64,000 bases of DNA from Lingula anatina (GCA_051362555.1 CM120649.1:9796001-9860000); one strand, 5' to 3'. Counted from the first letter of the stretch, positions 1 to 12,677 are shown. Numbers and translations: made by a program. Notes: generated by a model not told the origin, from the letters alone.

Positions 1-497
1 TTAAATGTCAATAGTGCATTTAAGTCTAGTAAAATCTGTGTTTGACCTATGGTCGTGAAATAAAATATTATTGATTGGTTACTTTCACCCTGAGATGATC
101 TAAATAATCATTCATCGTGCGAGAATTTGTGAACGTTGTGGTCATAACGGCGAGAGGGGGACTAATATTTGTGTGTGTTATGAACGTGGCGAGTGGATGT
201 GAGTGTGTGTAGTGGGCAGGGAGAGGTGGTCACGTAAAGGGAAATAATGATGTTGTAATTGCTTTGATATGTAAGACACAAGTCAATTCTTTTTCATGGC
301 AATTTTGTAAAGATACAAGACCCGCTTAAAGTGTCTTCTTTGTTTCTTTGTGGGTATTCCACAAAATATGTAAACAGAATCCATTTAGAAATAAGTGCGT
401 ATTTGCTATTCCAGTGTGAAAACATCCTTTAGTATTTCCAGTGGAATTCTCACATTGTTAACCCGGAAACAAATGTCTGAAATCTAATACACATGTA

Positions 498-1716
498 GGG
501 GAGACCGGGGCTAGTTGGCCCAGTTAGACACTTTTGGCCTTGTAGAGCCAACTAGGAGTGGGTTAGAGTAACAAAACCGGTTTCAGAGTAAGCCCCATGA
601 ACTAAGCTACGTATGCAACGTCATTATTTTTCAAATATAATGCCAGGTGGCTCAAAATTTGACAAAAAACGCAGTTGACCCCAGGGTCGGGGCAAGTTGG
701 CCCCCCTATACGAAAATGAAGTATATATCCCATGTAAACGCCTTAAAATACATTTTTATAAATTTTTAATTTATTTAATTGATTTTTGAGAGTCTTTGAT
801 GAATAAACAGTTCAAATGAGGCAGATTTATTGAGGTTTCCGTACGTCACGTTGTTGGGGGGGGGGGGGGGGTATGTGTTGCAAGAACCAAAATATCTATC
901 AATAAAATGTGTTTTGTTTTAATTAAGAATAAATAAATAATGGTATAAAGAAGGTTTTTAATGAATGAAAACGAATTATAAATTTTCTTTTTAAAAGAAA
1001 GTAACAAATTCAGTTTTAAACCAATGAGTTTGTTTCAACAATGGTCTCTAGCTAGGGACACTAAATACAAAGGGAATTACCTTACAATGAATTAAGGCAA
1101 AATAAATGTTTTTCTACGGAAAGTCCAATGAATTTGCTTTTTAATACTTACAATCAACAGAATATTTCTGATATAAATTTTCAAAAAGACACCAGAGAGA
1201 AAATTTAAAAAAATCAATCAGACGGTAATAGACACCGGCAAGCTTTGTCAATTTCACCAACTTGTTTATTTCAAACAGCGTTGCGCGCAAAGGTTTGTGG
1301 GTAATATGAGGGTCCAACTTGCCCCGAGTCAAGGGGGCCAACTAGCCCCGGGTGCACATTATTTATTTTAAAGGATGGTAGCCATTTATGGTGCTAGAAT
1401 GAGCAACGATGATACATCTCTGTGAAACTTGAAACAATGAGCTTCAGTTTGATGCCCTATACATATCTTATATTCGATCAAAAGCCTATGAAAATAGATT
1501 TTGAAATCTCTTAAACAAAATTACTTTTAGGTGCAAAAATCGTTTATTTCGACTCACCGCTTAAGTAAAACTTTTTAACGTCCGACACTTCCTTAGCATT
1601 GTAGGCTACGGTCACTTTGCAAGAGTATGTGGCCAATTTTTTTACCTCGTAGTTACTTTTTCATAAATTGACTGGGGGCCAACTTACCCCGGGGTCCAAC
1701 TAGCCCCGGTCTCCCC
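498..1716. mobile_element. Non-autonomous TIR DNA transposon (MITE) with TA target duplication, Tc1/mariner-pogo type
   Basis: Perfect TIR GGGGAGACCGGGGCTAGTTGG (498) / CCAACTAGCCCCGGTCTCCCC (ends 1716); TA on both sides; TIR motif reiterated internally near 685, 1310-1350 and 1675; no coding capacity. Confidence 0.9.
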
Positions 1717-2259
1717 TACATGTAGGATGTTATTATACGTTGCACGCAATGTTCGCTACCCAGCTGCAGTACAAGTACACACTCAAAGCACAACTGTTAA
1801 CTACCTTACACGTACAGTGAATCACATAAAGCAATGGAGATATCGCAATTGAACGTTTCCTATGGAGACAAGCTGACGTCGATGTTTTCCACTTTCAGAC
1901 AAAATGTTTATTTACAAGTAAACTGTGGACTAAAATACATGCTGTTATTTAACTAAGGGGTTTGACCACATTTGTCAATTCATGTGCGCTTTTCACTATA
2001 TTTCTGTATATGATCTGGTCTTATATTCCCTCTGGTTGAGTACATGTAGAGGTATTTTGTTTCTAGAATGCAGAGTAAGCCAAACAATATGTACAATAGA
2101 TAAAACAGCCCCTCTGCCTGTCCTCCCGTTAGTGCCTATACTTCATGTTGGCTGGTCACCTGCAGTTTGAAAGCAGTTCTTATGACAACTGCACGCAAAT
2201 GAAAATCTTTGAAACACATGTGATGTTCATTTTCAAAACATCTGTGACTAATCGGCAGT

Positions 2260-2365
2260 TCATAATTTGGATATTTGAGTTATGTTCGATTGACTAGACC
2301 TCCTCTGCACAACACTAAGGCGGCCTGTTCTCTCACTACCGGGGACAATGATCCCAGGCATGAAC
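2260..2365 (-). CDS. Putative secreted prepropeptide, predicted exon 3 (last coding exon)
   Basis: Acceptor ctctgtttcag at 2367-2366; phase-2 join gives R-FMPGIIVPGSERTGRLSVVQRRSSQSNITQISKL-stop; AATAAA on the minus strand near 1910. Confidence 0.5.
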
Positions 2366-2478
2366 CTGAAACAGAGTAGCTTACATTATATGACAAACAA
2401 GGAAATATCGCAAAGATAATTTGAAAGGCTACAAGCATAGTGTTATTATTGTTCAGGAAAGGATTGCGACATTTTGAC

Positions 2479-2598
2479 CTTTTAGAGTGTCCGCGCAGTG
2501 GTTGGTCGAGTTCCAGACGTTTCAGGATCTTCACCAGTATTTGCGCCATTCTGCGCACACAGTGCAGCGTGGGAGCAGCCACAAGGTGACGCACAGGG
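2479..2598 (-). CDS. Putative secreted prepropeptide, predicted exon 2
   Basis: Acceptor ttccgtttcag at 2600-2599; donor AAG/gtcaaa (weak); 120 nt, phase 2 at both ends; encodes G-PVRHLVAAPTLHCVRRMAQILVKILKRLELDQPLRGHSK. Confidence 0.55.
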
Positions 2599-3359
2599 CT
2601 GAAACGGAATAATTGTTACCTGTAATCGACACTTTTAGCAACTGCAAAAAATTAAAGTTACTGATAGGTTATCCACGCTTCTTCATCATGTGTTTTATTT
2701 TGAAGGAAATAAGATGCATCTGTACATGTATTTTGTACCTGCTGTTTAATCACCGTAATACATGTACAACATTGGTCAAAAAGGTTGCCCCACCCCTAGT
2801 ATCATGTGCTTTTATTTATAAATGATCGCATATTGTTATATAGAGTGATTTTCATTTCAGATACCACAACTAACATGATTAGTGGTACAGAAAATAGAAA
2901 CAAGCGTGAAGATATAAATATTTAATATTGACTTGTGGAATCTCTGTAAGTCAAATCGGGATAAGGCATCAGCTGCTGTATTGAGAGATCCGGGAATGGA
3001 CGTAAAACGCAGCTACCTACAGGCAGTTTATTGCTACGATACGAGTGGATCACTAAAGTCTACTAGAATTTCAGAGAATTACAGGGTAACCTGTAAACAC
3101 CAGTGCCTGTATTGTTTGAAAAACAATACTTTGACGGTTAACTGTGATTTATTTTAGGCACGTGATATCACGAAGTGATATTACGTTGGTGAAATACCCT
3201 TTAATCACATGTGCCTGAAAATTGTTTGTGAAACAATACGCTGACGTTTTAAACGTAAGGCACGTAATATCACGTGGTGATATTACTTTTATTTGAAACA
3301 CCTTTAACAAATTGCGAAGACGTGTAAGCCAAACTGTATTGAAACAAGTTGAAACAAGA

Positions 3360-6300
3360 ATGGCTGAGTTTGCGCAAGAAAACGTCGGTCTCACAGAGAG
3401 CATTCTGGAGAAAATGGAACGGGTTTTCGAAACGCACGTTTCGTCAGATTCTCTCGTAGAAGAGAGGGTAGAGGCTGGTCCACATGGTGAGACGAGCGTT
3501 AAACGCACCCAAACCGGCAACAACCCGTATCAGCCAAAAAGTAAAAAGAAAAAGCCGAAAACTCGTATTCCGCGGAGATGGATTTTTACGAGATAGCAGA
3601 CGATCAAAAAACGGAGATCGATGCAAAATTAGATCGTATGGAAAATATGATCAACAACATGGAGAAAGTTGTTCAATCCCTGTCTGATAAATTTGACCGT
3701 AGGGAAAACGTCCTCGTAGAAGGCGATTCACGGGAAAGCGACACAGACAGCGATTCGAGTAGTGACCTTGTATCTGGGGAATGCAGCCGCGCCCTAGAAC
3801 TAAACGTAGAGAAGACCTCGGATACCGTAACTGAGGACGTTACGCAAGCTGATAAGCTGCTGAATCGTCTTGAAGGCGATGTGTTGGCTGTAGAGCCCAC
3901 TGGACCGCCAATCATCCATACCAAACTCGTGGAAAATCTGGATAAGATCTTATCAGGCGGTCTCTCTTTTGACATTGCAGAAGAGAAAAGTAGTCTAGAT
4001 GACTGGTGCAAAAATTGCTCAAAAGGTGGAAAAAGCATGAAACTTGGCACAAATGTTCTTTGGACTATGCTGATCATTTTCAAGGGCAGTGCCCAAAATT
4101 TCAAAGCGTTGCTTAGCAACCGTTGCTAAGGAAGTGATTTACCTTAGTAACAAGCTAATTGGACCTTTCTTGTTCAGTTTAAATGATTTAAAAAGGCTTT
4201 TAATAATGTTTCAAACCATCAGAACTATCACTATACTATTTTAAGACATTAAAAACCCAAGTAAACCATTGCAACAGTTGCTAGGCAGCATATTACCCTA
4301 GCAACAAGTATTTAACATGCTGAATTAGCCCAGAAAGTTAGTGTTAAGGTTGTTTTTTGTTGAGTTCCTCTAGACAGAGGGGAGTTCAAATGTCATTAAT
4401 AATATCATTGATGTAAAAAAAAACAAAAACATTTTTACACCATCTTTTATGGAAAATAGTTTTTTAATTTTTTTCAATTTTTGAGTTTTGACATAATGGT
4501 TGTGATAAGATTTCATATGGGGTTAAATTGAAATTTTCCTGAATTTCATTCAAAGAACCAATAATGTTTGCCAAAAGGGATAAGAAGTTGCTTTTAGTAT
4601 CTTTAATCCACCTTTTGTTACTACCGATTCCTGACATTTTGCCAAGAAAAACGCTCTCCACTTACTCTTATTTTCTTCATAAAGAAGTCTCTTAAGCCAT
4701 GTAAAGTTTAGGGCCTTGGAAAAATTTTTATTTGCTGTACCTTTTTCCGTCCATTTTTGTAATCAGACGCCATCCTTGCTCATTTTATTTTGTATCTTTT
4801 TCCATTCCTGATAAAGTTAAATATGATATGCATATTTTAAGTATTGAGGGAGGGGGGGGGCTGGTAGGAGAGTTTATACATGCCCTACGTAAGATGAGAA
4901 ATACTAAAGGTTTAACCACTGTTGACTTTCCTATTATTGAAAGGTTTCTCAGAGACCAGATTTCCAAGATATTTTTCATTTTGTTCAATATTTTCTAAAA
5001 AGTTTTTTCACATTGTATTTTGTCAGTTCAGCATGGTTCTATTTTAATTCTATTTGTTAATCAATAAAGTTCAAAAGTTTCTGTTCACACCCAAAGGCCG
5101 TTAGATGCCATATCTTACTTCCACCAAGGCTGCTCTACATCAATATAAGAGTATTCTTGCGAGATGAACATATCTGAATCAGCACTACGGTGCCATGTCA
5201 TCAGATACCATGTGCTCACTCTGGTTGGACTTGTGCAGAACAGTGGGCCTAAGTGGACACATTTGCCAAAAGCTATTGACCTGTCCAGAGTTGCTCCAGT
5301 GTGCATGTAGGTACAGATGTAGAGGCTGACAATGTGCAAGGGCAAAATGCACTGTATATTGCACATACAAGGGAGAATTAACTATTATTATTATTATTAA
5401 CTAAGTTTTATAAAGAGTCGTAAGGTGATAAAAGCATGGAAATGGCTGGTTACTAATTTTGAACGTGCTGCCTTAAGTATCTGCACTGGCAATTTATTTG
5501 ATCGGATGTGTGTAAACACACAATTGGTTCAACTTACTGGATTAAAAGTATGAATATCTTGCTCAAAAGTGTAGTTCTTAGCTAGTATTATAGATTTGCC
5601 TTACTTAATAGACTAACGCAACTTTAAATGCTTGTTGCTAGGGTAATATGCTGCCTAGCAATCGTGGCTAAGGTTAATTTGGGTTTTAATTGCCTTAAAA
5701 TAGTCTAGTGATAGTTCTGATGCCCTGAAACATAGTTATTAGCATTTATAAACATTTTAAACTGGACAAGAAAGGTCTAATTAGCTTGTTACTAAGGAAA
5801 TTCACTTCCATAGCAACGGTTGCTAAACAACGCTTGGAAATTTTGGGCACTGCCCTTGAAAATGATCAGCATAGACCAAAGAACAATTGTGCCAAGTTTC
5901 ATGCTTTTTCCACATTTTGAGCAATTTGGCCAAAATATAGCACCAGTCATCCAGACTAAAGCAAACAATTCAAGAAACCTTCTAATTGTCAGGGATTGAT
6001 TACCCCACGAGTTAACCCAGAAGTATGGAATGGGTTACCAACTAAAACGAAACATCGGGATTCTAAATACCAACGTATCATCAACAAGATAACAAAGGGG
6101 GCGGTACCACTATTGGAAGCAACCGACCAGCTGTTGCATTCAATTTCTAACGGAAAGAGCATGCCTGCTCCAGAGGATTTATTACCTAGGATGGTGGACG
6201 GTCTTCTCCTGATTTGTTCCTCAATTCATGGATTGAATATGATGAGAAGGGATGATATCAAGCCAGATTTATTACCAAACATTGCAAAGCCACTACTAGC

Positions 6301-6577
6301 CAATAGCAACCCGGTAACGGATCAGTTGTTCGGGGATGACCCTTTTAAAGTGGTCAAAGACGCAGGAGAGGGGAGAAAGTTGACAAAACAGACACCGTTT
6401 AAGCGAACCCACTCCCATTCTTCATCCAGCAGCAAGGGCTCTTTTTTAGAGAGACCCGGCCCGAGCCAGGGACGGTTCAAGGCGGAATACTGGCACAACA
6501 AACGATACTCGAAGTTTGCCAAGGGGCCAAAAAAGATGGTACAAAAGCAGCAGCACCATCAATACCACAAGAAATAA
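3360..6577 (+). pseudogene. DIRS gag-like ORF, frameshifted near 3580-3596 and interrupted by the insertion at 3991-5958
   Basis: Removing 3991-5958 and one AAG rejoins DIAEEK-SKQFKKPSNCQGLITPRVNPEVW in frame with ORF 5996..6577. Confidence 0.8.
3991..5958. mobile_element. Non-autonomous DNA transposon with long (~325 bp) imperfect TIRs and 3-bp TSD AAG, Academ-like
   Basis: Termini TAGTCTAGATGACTGGTGC / GCACCAGTCATCCAGACTA; arms about 3991-4316 and 5625-5958 are inverted copies; AAG at 3988-3990 and 5959-5961. The superfamily call rests only on TAG..CTA ends, long TIRs and the 3-bp TSD. Confidence 0.8.
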
Positions 6578-6579
6578 CC

Positions 6580-7629
6580 GTGAGTACTAGTACTGAAAAA
6601 TTTAAAGCAGGAAACATAAAGAATTATCTGTCAGAGTGGAAAAAATTGACTCTGGACAAAGAAATTCTGAGATTAGTAACAGGGTGCTCATTAGAATTTC
6701 ACACAATCCCTCAACAACATAGAGAACCCAAACAAATACAGTTCAATGATCAGGAAAAAGAAATTGTTGAAGTAGAAATAAAGGAACTGTTAAGAAAGGG
6801 CGTTGTTGTGGAGACAGTGGAAGAAGAGGGACAGTTTATTTCAAATATCTTCATTAGACCTAAATCAAATGGGAAGCACAGGGTTATTGTTAACTTGCGA
6901 CAGTTAAATGAATTTGTCACGGTCAACGGGGAATTAAGTTTAGGCTCTCATGTTCTTGTTAAGAGATTCTTGAAGGCGGTATTTCACACCCGCCCTACAT
7001 TCCCGAAGTATCAAAGTACATGGGATGTTGATAAAGTGTTAGGATATTTGGAATCTTTATCCCCAGTGGACGCTTTAACTCTGAAACAAATTTCTTTAAA
7101 ACTGTCAATGCTTATGTTACTTGGCTCGGGTCAGAGATGTCAATCCATTCTCTTATTAGACTTAAACCAACTTTGTGTTGAAGACAAAAAAGTGGTTTTT
7201 GTGGTAGATAACTCAGTAAAACAGTCAAGACCTGGCAAGAGTCAATTAGTGTAAGAATTTGCTCCATTTATAGAAAATAAGAAGTTGTGTGTTGTATCTA
7301 CACTATTTGCATATTTAAAGAAAACTGTTACACTTAGAAGACATTCTCAATTATTCATAAGCTACATCAAGCCGTTTAATCCAATATCAAAAGAGACTTT
7401 GTCGAGGTGGATAAAAAATACAATGGGAAATGCCGGTATTGATATCACAATATTTAAACCCCATAGTGTTAGAGCAGCTTCCACGAGTAAGGCAAGTCAG
7501 AAGGGAGTGCCACTTGCTGTTATTCTGAAAGCAGCCGGTTGGAGTAACAGCAACACATTTAATAAGTTCTACTGTAAGAAAATAAACGAAAACAAACCGG
7601 ATTTTGGATCAGCTGTTTTTTCAAAATGA
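6580..7629 (+). pseudogene. DIRS RT N-terminus fused in frame to tyrosine recombinase C-terminal half; internal stop at 7252-7254
   Basis: ORFs 6580..7254 and 7285..7629 share one frame; junction near 6918 (LNEFV/TVNGELSLGSHVLVKRFLKAVFHTRP); RT core and RNase H absent. Confidence 0.8.
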
Positions 7630-7884
7630 TAACATTACTTGTTACTAAAAGAGAAATAATTGTAAAATGTACTTCGTTTATTCATTAACAATTGTATATA
7701 TATACTGTATATATGTTTGAGTGAAATACACGGTATTCAGTTAATTACTTTCCTTATTATTTACATGTGTATAAGAACAATTCTGTTTATATGCAGAAGA
7801 TGCCAACTCTGCTTTGAAATCCCACTTTATCCCGAATGTCCCGAGAGGACAATAGGAAATAAAAAATTAACCTGTAAGTTGAAG

Positions 7885-7910
7885 CAAGAAATTATAATGA
7901 TAACTTCTTG
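7885..7910. other. 26-bp hairpin flanked by a perfect 7-bp direct repeat; putative P-superfamily excision footprint
   Basis: GTTGAAG-[CAAGAAATTATAATGATAACTTCTTG]-GTTGAAG; related hairpin at 57443-57472. Confidence 0.55.
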
Positions 7911-8864
7911 GTTGAAGCGCAAGCGCGTTGCTAGACAATTTTTTTTTCATTTAGACAGAATATAAAAAACCGGTCGCATTTTTAGCATTTGATACAAATG
8001 TTCAAAGTAAAACGAAAAAGCTATCTCAACATTCCTTCTTTTTAAAGGAATATTTCTCATTTCTCCGTTTTACTATGAAATGCAAAAATAAAACTACAGA
8101 TTACAAATGTGATAGATAATAGAAATATTGTTGTTTTCGTTTTTCCAATATCAAACAAGTGAAAGTGATTAAAATGTACCTAGTTTTCTCTTTTTTTTAA
8201 TAAGAAAATTTAAGTTTTTTAATTGAAAAAAAAACGGAAGTAAAGAAGTTTTTCTGATTTTCATTTTAGGAATGAAAATGGAAAAACCCTGTACTGGCAC
8301 TTAGGCAGAAAATGCAACCATTAATTGTTTTGTAGAAAGCATCGGAGATACAGTAGAGAATTCCAAAACAAATAAAAATAATATTTTCTGACAAAAGAAA
8401 AATAATACGGCGATTGCGTCCTTGCCGTAGGTGAAATGATTGTTACTGAATATGCCGCTAAATCAATATTTACTTCCATGCCACTCTACTTCTCATTGTC
8501 TATTTTCATAAAAAAAGTACCCAATCAAGATTCGTTTAGCTGCTTTGTTTTAACTGATTTTTCAATGAGATAAAATAGAATGCAAGTAAAACTGAATGAG
8601 TATAATCAATTTTAGCAACGGTAAGACAAAATAATGATAATAATAAAAATTACATTATAAACATAGGATTGTAGAAAATTGACACAAACTTTCTTTTTTC
8701 ATTTAGAATTGTATGCAAAACAATTTTATCGTGTTTCCCATTATTTGCTTTATATGAAAAAGAAAATCGGTGTTTTAACCCCCTCCCCCTTTCTTCGGAC
8801 CTGTATGACACTCGGTGCTATATCTCAAATAACTGTACAAATAACTGCACAAACGACATCTTAC

Positions 8865-8971
8865 CCGTGTATAGCTGTCTGAACGTAGTGGTCACTAATG
8901 CTGGCAATACAGAGCAACGATATCAGCAAGAGAGCTAAATTCCACTCCGGCGTTCTCTTTGTCCTCGTCAT
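8865..8971 (-). CDS. Putative secreted prepropeptide, predicted exon 1 (signal peptide)
   Basis: MTRTKRTPEWNLALLLISLLCIASISDHYVQTAIH-G: basic N-terminus plus hydrophobic core, followed by strong donor GG/gtaaga at 8864. Confidence 0.6.
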
Positions 8972-10296
8972 CTCGACTGCTTCAATTGCTACAGTCTTGA
9001 GATAATGCACAGGCCAAGTGGGAAACACTATTACTATGCATGGCGCGAAGGGCAAACTAACACGTGTAGGTGTGTTCCAGAAACTGTCTGTTTGAAGTGG
9101 AATAGCACAGGAAGTATTGTGCCTCACATCTTAGGGTGTACTGGCATCGGCGGCGTGTACTCTGCGAAGGGTGAAGTCACGGTGCGCGCGGCCGAGACGT
9201 GCATTTCCGAGGTTCAAAGTAACCTTTACAACCAACAACACATACCAGTGCTGAGTGTATAATTGTATCTGACGGATTAACATTTCCTTGTTAACAGAGA
9301 AATAATCGAATAAAACAAGTTGAACAACAGAGAACCGATTTATGTCATTTTTCTAATATGGCAATTGGTAATTTTTAGAAGTAATATGATATGCAGTATA
9401 TAAGATGACATCTATATTATGGTTGCTATTTAGACAGAAAATATTCTCCCCTTGCAAAACATGGTCATCCCTACTGCATTTATGTACACTGTTTCAAGGG
9501 TACCTATATATTTAATTTTATTGTGACATAACAACTAGGCAATCGATCATCACATAATTTGAGAATGTGAGTAGTAGAATATTCTCCTACCTGTACATGT
9601 ACTCCACTCGTTGCTCGGCGTTCATAAGTCCTTAGCAGTTTTGATCCTTGGTTTTAGATTATTTTGCAAATGTTTATTTGATAGGACCCAGGAGCGACCT
9701 TAATCGAGCCGCGATCTGTTTACTCCTAGGCAAGCGCGATACCTATCGCGATACCTATTTAAGTGTACCTCACCTTCCCAAGGTAGAATATCTTCTCACA
9801 GAAACCAAAGACAAATTCTAAAATACCTTTCACTGAGCGTATTTAATATCTTCCAAGCACCCAAGTCGAACCCTTATCACAATCCAACGAAACAACCAAT
9901 CGATCATGCTGATTCTGCCTTATTATAACATACAAAGGCACTCAGCAATGTACAGGTATATTGCATTCCTCTCTGCATGTCTTTGGGCAAACAGATATAT
10001 GTATCCCACATGAACAAATTATACATGTTTCATATCGGATAAATTGCAGCTTCTCACTGTCATATATATCCTTCTTACATCTAGTCTAATCTCGACTCGA
10101 TCACTGTATTCCTCTTCTGTACGGATGTTCACAAGACACATTAAAACCACATGTTTACGTTTGTATTGAAATATTTCTGCTCGTATCCTTAAAGAACACC
10201 TGGTAACAGTAACATCTCTCCAGTCCTCAAACAACTTCATAACAGTAAAAAAATGATTGTTTTTGCTCATGCTGGTATGTTTACAAAAACTCCTTA

Positions 10297-12247
10297 GGGC
10301 TGGGTCACACTGCGCTTGCAACCTTTTTGCAACCTTTTTGCAACCACAAAATCTCGCGGTCACTTGCGATCACTTTGCGAGCTAATTAAGAAGTATGGCT
10401 AATTTTGATCGGCAAGCAGTCGCAAACCGGTTGCAACAAGGTTGCAGTATGTTATCTGCAACCTCTGATAAGACCATGTTCAAGCTATAGGTTACCAGAC
10501 GCACACCGTTTGCCAAGCGATAACCAACCTGTTAGCAACCACTTGGTGATTGAAAACTGGTTGCAGGACTGTAGCACCCGCTTGTAAACTGGTAGCAGCA
10601 AGGCCGCACAGAATATACACGTATATGTTTTAAACATGTGGCGGTAGATGCTTTCTCATAAATTCATCTATCAGAAGACAAAAAAGGTCTATTTAAATAA
10701 ATAAATTTTTTTTTAAAAAAGATGGGACTGCTATAATCATTGGCTTTGTTTACCTAAGAAGTAAAAAGAATAAAAAACCTCGGAAATACGTGGTGAGACC
10801 ATGGATTGCAAGACGCCCCTTGTAAGGCGGTTACAAATATTTGATGAAAAACTTTTACTTGAAAATCAGGAAGACTTCACTTCCTAAAAATAGAACCAGC
10901 AATATTTTGCGAACTTTTTAACAGACTACACATGTACACTCTCGCCTAACGAAACCAGTGCTGTAATAAAAACATAAATTTAAATATATGTTTTAATCTT
11001 TATTGATCTTAGAAAATCCTTAAATATTTTCTTGTCTAAATATTTGATCTCTTTGAGGTCGCAAGGCCTGTGCGGTTACAATGACACTGAACAAAAAACC
11101 TCATTGCGACTTGCAAATGTCACCGGTTGCAAAAAGGTCCTCAACCGGTTGCAACAACTCGCAAAGTGGTTTCCAAATGAACGTTTGGTTTATATATGGT
11201 TGCACCATTTTCGGTGCAGCACCAATAACCTCCTAGCCACCGAAAAACCTACTTGTGATTTCCAACCGCAACCGAATGTGTGGTTTTCCTTTTGTCATTG
11301 GGAATGTGAGTAGTAGCGTTTGCCACTTACATATACAATACAACGTAATTAAAGCGTGAGAGGTCGTGCGCGTCGTGTACTTTTTACACTCTCATCCTGG
11401 TAGTGAGGATACCAAGCACTTCAAGGATGTTAAATTGTACGTATTGAAACTATTTCTATTTAAGATTATTGAACACATTTAACGATCTGTTCAACCATTT
11501 GTTTATAATTTTAATGGTTGAAAATATGATAATAAATAGCAATTATACATTGCTGATTGAATTATTTTTATTTTCCCGTTGTCTCTGCATTCGTGTATTT
11601 GTATTATTGTTTATTTATATAATATGGCTTAGGAAAATTTAATGACATAAGCGATAAAAAGTTGATGGTATCAGTCTTGAAATTTATGTTTTCTTTTGCT
11701 AAAATATTATAATTTATTATCTTGATAATTTGAAGACATACATGACAAATTATGAAAAAAAGTATTTGCCCAAATAGACCACCATCCATCCCCTATTTTA
11801 TAGCGGCCGCTTGCAACATTCCAGCGACATATTTTCAAATGCCTGCGACCGGTAAAAAACCTGTTAGCTACCATGCGACTAAAGACCGTCAACCGACCAT
11901 GAAGTTACAACTGCAGCCTTCTAGCGACCTGCTGCCGATTACTTGCGACTGGTAAGCCACCAGACGACTAAATGCCATCAATCGACCGTGCAGTTGCAAG
12001 TGGTATGCTACTGGTTATAGCAACCTACTGGCAACCAAGAAGAGACCGATAGGCAACCTTTAGGATACTGATATTTTCATCTTTAGTCGCACTTGTTGTC
12101 GGTGCACAAAAATGGCGTGCATGAGGCAACAATCGCAGGCGACCTGTTGGCAACATTATGCGACCACTTTAAAACCTATGGCAACCTCCTTGCGACTGAG
12201 GTTGCAAAAAGGTTCCAAAAGGTTGCAAGCGCAGTGTGACCCAGGCT
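10297..12247 (+). mobile_element. PIF/Harbinger internally deleted derivative
   Basis: TIRs GGGCTGGGTCACACTGCGCTTGCAACC / GGTTGCAAGCGCAGTGTGACCCAGGCT; TTA TSD (10294-10296, 12248-12250); degraded transposase N-terminus KKPRKYVVRPWIARRPL*GGYKYLMK near 10772-10850; many GGTTGC/GCAACC subterminal motifs. Confidence 0.85.
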
Positions 12248-12677
12248 TTAGCTAACCTCTGTTCAACACTGGTCGCGTTCACAAAATAATGTAAACATTG
12301 CAGAGAGAAAGTAAAATTACCCGAGAGAGAGAGAGAGAGTGAATTAAGTGATTTAAAGATACTTCTTTGGCTGCTTCGTAGACTTCTTGGCTGAACAAGC
12401 TGTATCTCTGTGATGAGGGATCCAGATGAAAAGTTGTTGCTGATACATGTAGGTGATGAATTCGGTCTCAGTATTGTCTCATGGAAGCTTCCTCCAGGAG
12501 AGACGGCCATCCTTTTTTAGTATTATATGATTACTAACTAGCTATTTTCATGTCGCTGCAACATACGATGGTAATCTTTTGGCTGATGTATCCCGTTGTT
12601 AATGACACCTAATTACATCGGATCGTCAAACTCTTGCTGGACCGCAGAAACCGACATCATGGGGTTCACTCGTCTAA

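Larger units (their letters stand above)
3150..7884 (+). mobile_element. Degenerate DIRS-type tyrosine-recombinase retrotransposon (gag, truncated RT fused to YR); boundaries approximate
   Basis: Gag-like ORF pieces with PSNC...PRVNPEVW; RT N-terminus (FISNIFIRPKSNGKHRVIVNLRQLNEFV); YR motifs GQR, HSVR, AAGW, FNKFY; CACGTGATATCACG-type repeats at 3157-3308. Confidence 0.85.
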
